DNA of 64,000 nucleotides from Ophelia neglecta (Eukaryota): NCBI GenBank assembly GCA_965285935.1, contig OZ260663.1, positions 15,314,001 to 15,378,000 of the forward strand, read 5' to 3'. Shown piece by piece: positions 49,101 to 63,194 of this stretch (position 1 is its first letter; each line of letters starts with the position of its first letter). The notes under the pieces were generated by a model. It saw only the letters and a program-made list of their open reading frames with translations, ran no database searches and was not told where the DNA came from. The position numbers and the translations under genes were made by a program.

Positions 49101-52100
49101 CGGGCACCCAAACGCAGGTAATCATAGTTCTTGATTACGATTATAACCAGTCCGTAATTTACCGACAGGTGTCTCAGCCAGACAAGAAATAAGGTTTATA
49201 CATATCTCACTAGCCAGAAATGGTTGTTAAAATACTGAACACGTGATTTTCAAATAAAGATGTCTATATAGGTTGAAACGCCGTATTTACGGGAGAGGGC
49301 GAAGGGCGAGGGGTTGGCTTTTTTACTTATGATAAGCGAGACGCTAGAACACTACTACTTATGTATAACCAGTCAGGCGTCTCGCTTCCTAGGGCTTTTA
49401 ATGAAACGTGGAGGTGCGGAGATTTAACTGAGGCGGAAGTTTAAGGCGGTTGCAATGGGGATTGCAAAGGTTTAAAGTAGTGCAATGTTTTTGTTTTACA
49501 ATATGCGCATATATTTCCCACATAACGTAACACCTTTGATATCAAACATCCATAACTTTTTGCAATTTCAAAGTATATTGACCAAATAATTCAAATGGTG
49601 CCTAGTTAAAAAATCACTTCACCAGGCCCCTCTTTTATCCATTATCTAAAATACTTATGCTAGAAACCCTTACACCACTTTATGCTAAATATTTGGGACC
49701 ATTTGGAGTCCTTTATTATCTAAGTATGAATTATTAGGTATTGATTATTTCATTGAAAGCCACAATTGTAAACTGTGCGTTTTGGATATAGATTATATTC
49801 AGTTCAATGTAATGTCCAGTCAGACACGTTCATGGAAATAGGTTTGGCTAACTGCAGTATTTATAATAAACTCTACTTTTAAGGCACAAAGGCTACTTTC
49901 TTGCCAATGGAGGTAGGACTACAACCTTGTAGCAGGCAAGTGTAGTAGTAGGTGATATGCTTTATATTGGCTTGAAATTATTCACTTTCCATCAGCCATA
50001 AATGGAAATTATACATTTCAAAATACATTCAAATACTTCACGGATCGCCAAGTTACTGCTTAGGTGCTATATGTTAAACCATTTGTTGACATGAGGCACT
50101 TTTCTTTTTATAATTGGAAGGGGAAAACAGAAATTAACTCGGGTCTGTATTTTACCATTTTATTTCCCAAGTCGTAAAACCCTCGAACACAAGGACTACA
50201 AAGAACTGATCAATAATTACCGAAATCCCCTATATATGCATGCATGAATACCAAGTGGAACTCTTTATATATAAATACATGTATCTGTGTGTCTGTGTGT
50301 GTGTATATGTTTTTGCATGTGAATATGTATATACACATGTATGTGTGGGAGGGTGCATATATTTGGTTATGCATATCTAGGATATGTGTTTATGTGTGTA
50401 TATGTTGTCTAAGAGAGGTTTAAATATATGTATGCAGTTGTAGATAACATATTATTTAGAGTGTATATCTAGGAAAATATAACCAAGCAATTATAGGCTC
50501 AATATGAATACATCAAGCAATAAAGCATGAATGCGCCCAGCATAAAAATTTCAATAAGCACATTAAAGGTACTTGTGCCCTTAGTTAAGTACATCCATAT
50601 AACATGTAGTCGAAAGAAAGATAATGTTTGAAAAAACAAAAGAAAATAAGAGTTATTAAGTGGTAAGCAATATCTACTGACATTAGCATGAATTGCTTGG
50701 TTAATGTCGGTAGTTCTTATTGATCATATTTCTATATATGTTTCGTTCAGGAATGACGGAACATTTCGATGGGCAACACTTGATTGAATTTTGACAGATA
50801 GTTCTAGAAATGAACATTAGTACTTTTTTCATAAATAAACCTGGTCAATAGCTCGGGATTAGGCCAAAAAATTGCTGCCAGGCATGGCGAAAAGGAGACC
50901 TATTTAACATGTATTAATAAGATTGTACTCTATGTATGCGCCAATCCACCACGCTACCTGAAGTACAATAGTCAAGATACGGCGTTCCACTTGATTCACG
51001 CAAACACCAGCCTTGGTATGGATTCTTAAGCTTGACGACATCTTTATCAAGAACCTTCTTCGCTGCCTGCCGATTCGGGTAGATTCGAAACTCCTCACCA
51101 TGACAACCTGGTTCACGGTAGAAACTATAGCCGGGACAGGTTCTGGCCTTACAGTCGGTTTTCCAGGACCATCCTCGATGATGATATTTGCAGCTTAACC
51201 AATGACCCCAGCCAGCGTTATAGTGGTATCTATAGTATAAATTACCTTTACTTGGTTTTTGCTTTTCTGATTATACTTGTATAGAAGAGACTAGTTAGTT
51301 ATATCCCTAGCAAAAAAGATTGAAAGTTTTATGTTTGCAGTTGGAAAAGCAGTTTTAAATAGATTAAAATAGATTTATAGTAACTGCAACCGTAACAGCA
51401 AGTAATTTAATTTTCTTAGCATTCACTACAACACGATGTTTCATCCAAGCTCTTACACTGTTAAACAGGTGATTTAAGAAGGCCATTCATGATTATACCT
51501 GTAGAAATCTCACGAAATTTACATCAGGAGATGAATAACAAGATTATCTTTACATTTTTCTGAAGTAGTTAAGTTATTTTTCCCTTGCTTCAGCAATCGT
51601 TGCGGATTAAACTGGGAAAATTGTCTCCACTCAAGCCTTACCTATTAACGAGCTTTATAAAAACATACCTACCTAAATGCCACTAGTTCCCCATATCGAA
51701 TAGCTGACCCTTTTCGGCGATCCCGTGACTCAATCATGAATCTACAGCTTCCACATTTGGCCGTTGAGGTGGTCGATAAGTATGAGCCTTTCTCGCTCCC
51801 GGCAGCATTCAGCCACCTATTGCTATCTGATATGCTCTGGAGCGCTGTTATAGACAAGGAGATCTAGGTACTCATTGGCTATTTACACGTGTTTTGGGGT
51901 AAGTAATCGAAAATTTTAAACATTCATTGAGTAAGTTAAAAGCGCTAATTTCTCGCCAATGTAAGTACAAATATTACGAATATCCTAATTTTACCTACTG
52001 TTATTTCCGGCTTATAAACACATTTTATAATAACAAACCTATCCAATCACCGGACCGTAAATAGGAACATGAGCTCGGCTCGTCAGTGTTATCTCCACAG

Positions 52101-55100
52101 TCGTTCACGCCGTCACATTGCTTGTCATCGTTGACACATACATTATTGCCACATTGGAATTTGCCGTATCTAGTAAATGGGTAAAAGAACCATAAAACAA
52201 GATTAAACATTGCGTAGAGACTAATCGAACACCATGAAGTTGTCTCGATCAGGTTTAGTTCTGTGTCTCCATTACAATATACCTCGATGCAGAACGTACT
52301 GACTGATACTTACCGACTCTGGCAGCAGCTCTGGGTGTTACAGGCCTCTGTCGCAGACTCGGTGGTGCCATCCTTTTTCGACCTGCTCCTAGTTTTTGTG
52401 CCGCTTCCACAGGTCTGAGTGCAAGTAGACCAAGAGGTCCATTCACTCCATATATACATACAGACCGGCTGGGCGTTCCATGCCAGCGTCTCTCCAGACT
52501 GTACACACTTAACGCTGGAATTTGGCATATATTCAAAATATTATCTTGGAACGATACATAGAAATATGATTGTATATTCATGTAGCAATGCATCATTCTC
52601 CATGAATAGTTTTATTGTAATAACTAATTTGTGGTAGAAGCATTATACCGGCCGATGTCGAACAAACAAACCTTGTTATCGGTTTTAAGGATGAACCATC
52701 AACGGGGGTTTTGTGGTTATTGCAACTTAAATACACTTTCATATTAACTAAGGAGTCTTGGTTGCTGCACATTTGAGCGAGATCAGGGGAGGACAGTTCT
52801 GGGCACGATGTCGAGTTCCATAGAGTATAATAATCGTTCCATCTCGTTACAGCTTCCCTGACCTCGCGTTTTATTTTGGTCATCATTTGCTCCTGAAAAA
52901 ATAAAAGGTTCAAAACGTTGATGATCACATTTGCTACCTAGTTGCGTTAACTTCATTGGTATTGTTTAAATACTCTCACACTCTCCTATGTTTCGTTGAA
53001 GCCATGGACACCGAAAATATAAACAAATTACCTGGTCACCTCCTAACTGGTTCAGTTGCCGACGTAGCAACCAGATTCTTGTCTCCGTTAATACCTGGTC
53101 CATGGCAACAATACTTTGTCGCATTGTGGAGGTCTTCATGAAGTACGAGGAAGTGCAAGTCTCACGCCCTCCCGAAGCTTTGGCAAGCATATTCTTGTAG
53201 GTCTTCATCACATCAGCTACCTGCCCAAACACTGTACCCATTGTTATATCGTGGAGAGAGCTCGTTAGGTAGTGAAGGTCCTTATTGGCCATATAACCTG
53301 CAAATTGATCTGGCGAGATAGTCATCTTCTGTAACCTACGATAGTGCTTATTGATGTACGTTTGTTGTAACCAAATCTCTCCCCCTAGGTTCATGACCCC
53401 CTGATTCGTAATACTGCTGATAATGGATGTCTCTATTTCATTCAAACGCTCCTCTACATCCATGATGCGAAAGAACACGCCAATGACATCAGGCACCCCT
53501 GTAAACTCAATACTTGTCATTCGTAGACTTGCTAGAGCTCGTTTTGCCTTTTCTTCCATCTGCGGGTCTACGTGCTCATTACAATACTCGCCATCATAGA
53601 AGCTTTCACATTGACAGAAGAACTCATTGGTATGAGGTATACGTCTGCATCTGCCATGCCTATTACAGGCATCGACGGATAGGCATGGATCAACAGAGGG
53701 CGCCATACCTGTAACGGCATATAGTGTAGGATATTATACATGTTGTTCAATGATTGTTCAATAAGATATTTGGTTAGGTCATGGTAATTGGCTTGATTTA
53801 ACATTACAGAGACTGTCGAAATATGGTGTTGCAAGATGTTATAGTTTTAGTATGGCACCTTGATGCTGCAACAAATACTATGAACCATGTATCGTTTGTC
53901 TGAAGCAAAATCTGAGGTGTCAATAATATTCAAAACATCTTACTCTTGTTACAACCTGACCAACCATTAGAAAGTGCCATTCTAGAAGGGAAAGAATATT
54001 TCGGTGTTATAAGGGAAATAATAATACTGAAAAAAATTACCTGTTGCCACAAAGCCTAGACCCTCGTCTGGTATCTTCCCATTTTCTCTACACACCATAG
54101 CACCTTTATTTTGAACATCACGAGTGTTCTTTAAAATAAAGTTGTTCATATAACTTGTGCACATGCTGTGTGTAAGAATCCCAAGTGATGTAGCTGACCC
54201 TTTAATCTTGGCCATGACCTTGGTTCGCGCAGCCTCAAGCTGCGAGCAACTTGGCCAAGGACTTTCTACCGAGTCGTAAAACAAGTACAGGTTTCTTTTC
54301 CCTTCAGACACTGGTATATAGTCAGTGCCTTTATTTGGCAATGGGACGAGGAATCTTGTTGTAACGCCTTTCTTTCTTCCTTTCCGGACACAGTAGCCCT
54401 TAAATGGAATGGTATTATGCCATTCGCTGTCATACTCTACAACTGACCAACGATAGTTTGGGTAAAGGCTAATCAGGTGATCAAACAGCCCCATTAAGTC
54501 ACCGCCACCTTTGAGAAAGGTTTTAGTTTCCTTTGCAGCCAAATCTTTGAATTGAGAAACGCAAGACCACGCATGTCCATGATATATTCTGCGGATGTCG
54601 TATGACTTCTGATAACTGGCTTCTATCTGGGCTTGGGCTTTAGCCCAGCTGCCATACTTTAGATAGGTGTAGGTTGAAACTTGTGTAGTAGCAGTTATAA
54701 TCAAGTTTTGGATTATGAGATACAACCTGGTTAACTCTGACACTTTACAACCTTTTTCCTCTATGTACAAATGAAATAACCGTTTGGGATGCGTTGGACT
54801 GATTTCGGTTACTATTCTGACGATGTTGTCAAGACTTCCGGGGATGTTATTAATCTTATAGAAGTCCATGTAATCTTGAGCTGTTTTCAATTTTTCTTTG
54901 CTGCTGGTGAAATTTGACATGCTTTTCATTAGTTCAAGACGCTTGGTTTCTACATTGTTGATGGCAAACTCCCAAGTTATATAAGTGGACATCCAGGTGT
55001 TAAACTCCACAGAAGATTTGAGTTCTTTTTTGGTATCGGCAATCTGCTCAGTGATTTCATCTAGCTTCTCGTTAACCTTGAAATGGGTGAAGTAGTTCGA

Positions 55101-58100
55101 GACATACATTACAGTTACAATGATAATCTGGTGAGCGTGATCAAGTTCTAGGTCACGTTGATAGGCCCTGCCTGCGGCCGTATGCGAGAAATCGTCGGCA
55201 CATTATGAGTGAATGGCGATTGATCGTTCAAAACGGTATGCCGATATATCTATTTTTCATCATTTAACTAGTCCAATATTAAGCTAGATTCAAATTTTGT
55301 ATCTTCAAGACATTGTTACTTGCAAACAAATACTGAGGGCAAAAAAGACCAAAATAATTACCTTCTGGAACTCCTCCTGTATGATATCTAGGTCACCTTT
55401 CATGAAAAATGAAAAGACAATTTCTGCTACTATGGTAAATGCAGACGTCAGTTTAATCATTTTACCTAACGTATTGGTTATCTTGCCCACTTTGTTCAGC
55501 ATGCCAAGGGCGTTTTTTTTCTGTAAATTTAAAAGGAAGATTATAAATTTTAAACACGTTGAATGATTTGCTTTCATTTTACTTATTGGTCATGCAAGCA
55601 AACCAATCTTCATTTGCTACAAGGGAAGGAGTTCATTCTACAGACGATGCCTACAAACTAAGAATACCCCGTCGCCTGCGGTGGCGAGAAAAGCGGACCG
55701 GTTTAACAGTTTGACTTATTAAGCCTGGAATATTAAGTTTCATGTTTAGTACAGATCCCAGGTTACCACTCACTGGAAACACTGACAAAGACTCAATATC
55801 CAGCTGCTTACGTATATATATACAGTACCGATTAGAAGTACTTTAGTTTTAGTTCGCCATAAAGTTTCAATCTATTGGATATCATCCGTGAATGAATATC
55901 CACGAGACGCAATTACAGCCTTTCTAGTTTGTCTCGCCGTCTCTTGGTCCCCAAATCTGAACATAACCCTAAACTATTTATCAACTTAGTTCGCTTGTCC
56001 TAAAACTCATTGGACAATAATTGTAGATTATATTTGTGTTAAGAGTTAAAGTAAAGGCGGAGATGATATAGATTCCCCATTTCAGCTGCCTAAAAAACAT
56101 AACAACCTTGAGAATTTTCTTGTATTTCTTAGCAACCATTTTGGCTCCCTGGAAGCTGTCCTTAATCGTGTCCAAAGTTACCTCTGCCTATACAAAGAAA
56201 TACATGATTTAATAAATTGTATTAAATTGTAATAAGAATGGAAATTAAGACAATATTCAATAAGTATTAATGTAACATATTTCTGCCGAGAAAGGAGAAA
56301 TAACGACAAACTCGAATGTTAGGGATAATATTTAACCCCAAGCTAAAAAGACTTCCATGTGATTTTTGAACGGCTTTGCCATAACATCGTTTAGGCTAGC
56401 GGCGAGCGAGTGAAAAGGCACTAAGTACATAAATCCATTAACAAGGAAACTAAATCACTCGATTTGTGAAGACATAGATCTACAATCAGAAACCCCACAG
56501 ATCCTGTGTCGGCCTGTAACCTCTGCTGAGCCTTTACAATGGTATGATTGAACAACACCCACCTGTACTTGCTCTCCTGGGCTGAGTTCTGCAATTTCTC
56601 CTGTTGTACGTTAAAACGAAATCAACAGGATCATCATCAGTAGAACCAGTACCGCCAGATGGCGGCATGGAATTACCATTTTCGATACTGCAACGAGTGT
56701 TTACAAAGTATAAACGTAAGACCATGGCGAAAGGAAGTACGCATGACCGCGGGTAATTCTGTTTTAAATATGTATCAAAACCTGCTTCATTTGGCCCAGA
56801 GTGAGGTGGAAGTAAGATTCACATTTACAAAATGGCTTGTTATATATATGAAGAATGAACGGAACAAAGCTCCGTGACCTTTTAACCGTCTTCAACGCCT
56901 GCCAAATATGAATACAAGTTTCTCAATTAGGGCAATTGCACTGATCAAAAATGCGTAAGCAGGGGCAAAATATGTCATGTATTACTGTATTCAAAAGTAA
57001 AATCCAAAGTTGTGCCATAGGCAAATAAGTATTTGGCAATATAATCCAGGTTACGGATTGGGCCATCGCTTGGGAAAACGGATATATGTGTATACAAAGA
57101 CCAACCGATCTTAGGAATATTAGCCTATGCAGGTACCCCATTTAACAGACTTGCATTGAGAGTTGACAGACGTTGAGGTATGTGTATAGTACTAAGAAAT
57201 GTATCCCGTTCACAGCGACTGCCTTCTACATGCTGGGCGACAAATAGCCGAGACCGACATTTGGGACCTACCCGGAAAATTAGTTATCCAGAAACATTTG
57301 CCCTTTCCGACTGGTCCCCTTTAATTTTGTCAAATTCCTTCGGTATATCTTATAAAATAATTCTTATACATTTAGGCCAACTTTATATCACTTAAGATCA
57401 TAATTCATCCCGGTAAGTAACGACTGACGTTTAAAGCTGTTCTATTAATGTTCTACTAAATAACCAGCCTTGAATCAGGGGCTTAATAGTATCAGTAAGC
57501 CAATCTGTCTGAATCAGAATCAGTATAGTTATCCATGATATCCGTTTGGCATTCCAGAGTAAGTATAAAGTATACTAAATAGTTTCATACTTAAAAATCA
57601 GCAAACTAATAAGTCTGGTATAAATATATCAGTTAAATAATTTCTCTGAAGTATCAAAAGAAGTTAACGAATTTATATTCAATTGTGCTCAGGCCATACA
57701 TGATTGATTGTAGGCAATATAAGTATAATCATCTATTTTACATAGGACGTAAATGGTGAGTAGTATTTTATTCCATGTTGGCTAAACAGAGATATCTATA
57801 TGTAATTAACACATGATGAATGATGAATGATGATTGATAATATGCTAATTATACGCAGTGAGCCTGTCGGGCTTACTGTCTGATACTGGCTGTATCTCCC
57901 CTTAAATCTTGCCTTCAGCACAACAAGCTGTGGCTGTGTATAATATTCAACCACGCAATGTCTGTACTGGGCTTTGCATTTTAAAATATATTGATCAAGG
58001 GTTTTCTAATACAGTGAGTCATATTGATTTCAACGCTATTTTTGCGGCTTTACTACGTGACTTGAATAATGGTTTCATCAGTGAAGGTAAACATCAGACC

Positions 58101-61100
58101 GACATTATCGTCACATGTACCAGACTTTTGTCTCCAGATTCGCCACAATTATATGTAGACAATTTACAACAATAATTCGTCCTTTGCCCAAAGTGCCCCT
58201 GAACCATGGCTAATTGGAATGACTGTATCTTCTGACGTATCCTAGTTTTCACCGTATGTATGTGTCTAGCGCGATAATACCTATTAAGAAGTTAAAAGTC
58301 AAGACCTTGTTGAGCTTCCAACACCCGGCCCTTTTGTAATCAGTCTACTAGTATACACTTTTATTTAAACAGCAGAGGCTACCAGAATCGGCGTACAGCA
58401 AAAAAAACCCATCTATAGGAATTCATCCGATGAGTAGCTGCGATAAGAATAGGTCTCTCTGCCTACTTGCCTTTCGCAAATGTATTCTACATCGTTTGAA
58501 ATTTTGACCATGCATGGCTTTTGAATAGGAACACGTGACATTTGTTCTCACCGGTACAAGTTTGTGCCCGGCTGTGGTAAAGAGACTTAAGGGCATGACT
58601 TGGCTGAAGGATCCAAGCTCATACCTCTCGCTGACGAATTTCAATAAGTTACCACCTAATCCAAATGCGTCCGATTTCGAGACGACAGCAGGTCGGACTG
58701 AGTATTTGACGTATAATTCTAACCTTATATTGATTTTATTTGGAGCTTAACCAAAGTTAAAGATCGTCTGGCCTGAACCAATTATATTCGACAATGTATT
58801 ACCTGTATACGACTAAGTGAATGATGGGACTTTACGGTGATAAAGCCAATGTTTATGCACAGCAAATTTCTTCAGCAGTAACTAGTATTGATAACATTAG
58901 CATAACAAGTCGCGACAAATCGATATTTGCACCTAAATATGTTAAGTAGGGATTTAGACATCTGCGCAATGTCTGCCGTCTATCGTTCGTATAATTAATG
59001 AGACTGTCTGACACCATTAATACTCAATAGTTATGTCACCTAGTAAATTTTATCAAATTGTTACACAATATTGAATTTCAGTCATTGAGAAAGCGTGAAG
59101 TAAGACGGTCCCGCTTCCGTTTGATTCATCGTGGTAACGAGAATCCAGTGGCAGTACCCGTGAACAACAGTAGTATGCAATTACTCCTTGAATTTACTTC
59201 TATTGTACTTGGTGATGTTAATATATATAACAAAACAAGTCGGCCATTTTTAGACAAATCGATATTTTGGTAGTAAACGTGTTCACCAGGGACTATGACA
59301 TCTGCCTCCAAGTCGGCTGTAAATGTGTCGTACAATTTATGAACGTGTTTAGTATCATTACTATATACATAATTATGCTAACAAGTTATTCATTTGTACG
59401 CGTAATCTAAAGATAAACTAGGAACAGTACCTGAACCTCGATACAGAGAAACAACGAAACGGGGGTGGATACACGGCACTGACGGCAGAAATGACTATGT
59501 CGAGAAAGACATAGGCTTGCCGTAATGGGTTTCAGCGTGCAGCCAAATGGGTGGTAGACATTCTAATAAACCCCCTCAACTCCCTTGGGATCATGCAGCG
59601 CTTACTATGGGTCTTTAGTACGAATAGGCAATGGTGTCTACCGTAAGTGCGCCTTACGGTCGCTAGGCAGAGCAAGGCTTCCAACATCCCCAAGCAAGCC
59701 AAAGTAACAGTTGTGAGAGTCCCCTGGCTTGAAGCTCCCTCCGGAATACATTTGCTAGCTCTTACCCCGTCCCACAAGTCCCCCGGTCCTTAAACACCAG
59801 TATTTAAAGTCTGCCTTAAAATTCCGGTTTATTACGTCCCTCGGTCGCAAAACTCATAACGTCCGCGGAGTCCTGTTGATCTAGGGTTTTAAATGGAAGG
59901 TGAGGGGTGGCGTTTAGCCAGGGGGGGGGGGGCTCATTATCTGTGCAACAGGTTAGGCGTCGAACACAGAAGGTACCCGTCTTCGGGGACGAGTGCATTC
60001 TTAACTTTTTAAATACATCACAAAGAACTGTTAATTGAAATCCAGGGCCCGGTCTCTAAACTCTGATTTAAATCAGGATTCAAGTCTTCATCGGTCACAA
60101 CTAGCTAATCTGGGATTCCGGAAATAGGATTTGTTCGTAAAGCTGGCTATTTTAGCCTTAAACTTTATCCTGATCAATAGAAACACTGATAAAACTGATC
60201 TGAGCTAATATGTAATAAGCTTATATAATCTGAAAACTTCTGACGACTTCTAGAAAACAGGCCCCGTAAGCTAAGTGGGTAGTTTATTCACTGCTGTCTT
60301 GACTGTCGGATGGGATGGGGAGAGTAGCAAGAGTCTATTGAGTCTACAATTCTTTATAGAACTTTTACTGTGTTTCATTGAAATAAAATACGCGCCATGC
60401 TAGCTCCTTATAGGGCAACCGCTAAAAGGTGTGTTATAATCAAGAATAATACAATGAAATGGTTTTTCAGGGCGATGTGGGGTGTTTGGGGGCCGACTTA
60501 GCTTGTTCAAAGCCTGACACGACAGTTTGAAGGCCGAGCTTGCATATCGCAGCCCGCTTCCGGTTGTTTGAAATCGTCACGAACTACCAGCAGCAGACGA
60601 ACAACTGACAATCCCAAGCATAGTATCCAAAAAGTAAATAATCTTGCAATGAAACAAAAACTTAATTCCTATTGTGAAATCACCAATAGTAAACAGTATT
60701 TCATGATACGAATTTGAAGATCAAAGCAAGCGAGTTGATGGTCAAATTAAGACTATGATGAAACGTGTCCTAGAAGGCTCTCTCATTCTTTGTGATTAAA
60801 GAAGAATTAAAGTTAAACTGTCGCGTGCAGTAAACAGTCAGAAGTGAGCGTACACCCGAACTGGCGTTGACAGCTAGTAGTATTCGTCAGAGCGTGTCTA
60901 GCCGGGACTATGACAAATCATTATAGGACGGTTAAAAAGCTGTCAAGTCGAGGTTCGTAAAGGTTAGATAAACATTAATAAAAAGGACTGGGTGATATTG
61001 AGGGCAGGTACAATTACAGTTAACTTGTCCACATAGGTTCCTAACCCGTACCAAGTAACACCTCGAGACATAAGGCCGTGAGGCTCGGAATGACCTGGCA

Positions 61101-63194
61101 GTTCAGAACATACACCCAACGTTTCAAACCCAGAAGCTAACCCTGTCTCTCTACTTGTCTAGATCAACAAGACGAACTGGAAAATGCGTTACATTATCAA
61201 AGATCTGTTATCTAAAATAAACTCTTACCTCTAGTCGAATAATGTCGATGACCTGCTCAGTATGCAACCGATTGCAATAGCGCAGCAGCCAGGACTGATT
61301 ATTTGACTTGTAATCCTAAACTTATATTGGCATTATTGCGCAGTGAAGCAATTGCTAGATTATGTACCATGTGTAAAAGACAAAATTAATGACTGGTAAT
61401 TAAGCCAATTGGTATATACATCATACGTCCAGGTTCGTCCAGTATTTTTGGTAATATTACCATAACCAGGCATGACTTTTCAGTTAGGTCGATATCTGGA
61501 AAGTAAAAATGTTATCCAGGGTCTGTGGCATCTGCTCAATATCTGATGTCTATCATTTTATGAATTTTAATGTGATTACGAGTGTTTAAGTTTATAATGT
61601 CGTAATGACCTTCATTGTATTGAGAGTTTTAACCTAAGGCTCTGTCCAGACCGTGGCTCGCTGAGTACGATGTTCACTCTGTTACCTCCTGGGTGAGCAG
61701 GTCCGTCGGGGAGACCTGATCACACGGCCGCACCGACCGGAAGCTCATCACAGCGCATCTACCTCTAGGCAGTTCTGTCAGACCAACGGCTTTGTCTCGG
61801 GCTCGAGTCACTCCCAGTCTGAACGCTTCATACAGTCGAGGGGCCCGGCCACGCTTACCCTGCCACTCAGAGCCCCTGACGTAGGCCTGTGAACAAGCCC
61901 ACCGCACTCTGAACAGTCGCCTCCTGGAGTTTGCTTTCATTCAACTGCTGGAGATTGTTATCTAGGTATGTCCAGCACTAGGTTAAGACTGGCGGGAAAA
62001 GAAGATTCTCCCACAGGAAAACACGGACTCAATGACACTCATCCTCACCCAACTCGGCGAAGGCAAGAAGAGGCGCTTAAGTACGACAACAACCTATCCA
62101 CACGTATGCAGGGATATGACGAAACTAATCATGAGACAAGTAAAGACATAACTAGCCATGCCACTAAGCACTCTGCCCCTATCCCCGCTAGAAACCTGCC
62201 ACAGCCTAAGAACTCGCCCCACGCAATGGCCCATCGATTCAGGTTCGACGAGGGACTCCTGTCGTAGAGTCCTAAAACTAACAGGGCGCAACTACCTACA
62301 CACAGAGGTCCATTGCAGACGCAAGACAGGAGATTCAGAAACGCGCAAAGGGTGGGGGGTGGGGGGGTCTTAGAGACTAACTAGTATGGATTCCCCACAA
62401 TATCTATCTATTCCAAGCCAACCGACCCACCTTGACACCAAACTCCCAACAAAGAACTGCTCTTCCCGTCCCTCTACCTCCCACACGACGTGCGGTAGTC
62501 CCATAACAAGGTGTACGTAAAGCTGGCTGCAAGTTGTCAATTCATTTTTATTCACTAAATGTGAATCTGGCTGCCAGTTGCCAGTTGCCAGTTGCCAATT
62601 CGCTTCAGCGTATAATCATCATATAATCACACAAAACAGACTTGAAATCACTTTTCCTATCAATTGGAAACATTTTTATCAATATACTACTTCGACCTAT
62701 GTTAAACAGCCGAAAGAGTGAAACACAGGAATTATGGCTTTAAACACATAAAACTATATTTCATTTGAAAACAGCCCAACATCATCTTGAAGTCTTCATT
62801 CAAGAATCCGAAGCATTTCAACGCACAACATTACATGGTTATAGCGGAAACTAGCAGAAACCCGAATTGGCAGCTGAGAAATTGAACTGGCAGCTGGGAC
62901 TGCCGCGACTCGCTTAAGCATATAATCATCATATAATCACACAAAACAGTCTTAAAGTCACTTTTCCTATCAATTGGTAACGCTTTTTATCAGTATACTA
63001 CTTTAAGCTATTTCAAACGGCCGAAAGAGTGAAACACAGAAAGTTTGGTTTTACACACATAAAACTATATTTATTTGATTAGAAAACAGCCCCAACATCA
63101 TCTTTAAGTCTTCATTCAAGAATCTGAAGCAATATAACGCACAACATTACTTGGTTATAGCGGAAACTTGCGGAAACCTGAACTGGCAGCTGGC
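49101..63194. repeat. Tandem duplication unit B (~14.1 kb)
   Basis: Collinear with unit A; lacks the Gypsy element; has extra segments at ~49416-49810 and ~58139-59765. Confidence 0.9.
50914..56679 (-). pseudogene. SE-cephalotoxin-like copy B, nonsense mutation in exon 1
   Basis: Exons 56679-56563, 56187-56107, 55520-55362, 55076-54041, 53708-53032, 52892-52672, 52514-52314, 52169-52039, 51844-51673, 51229-50914 have the same lengths as copy A with intact splice sites; codon 23 is TAA (plus-strand TTA at 56611-56613) where copy A has TCA. Confidence 0.75.

Noticed and set aside
59126-59360. Faint TIR-domain-like look of DVIVPGE...LVLLYILTSP
   Set aside because: Too short and weak to support without an HMM search.
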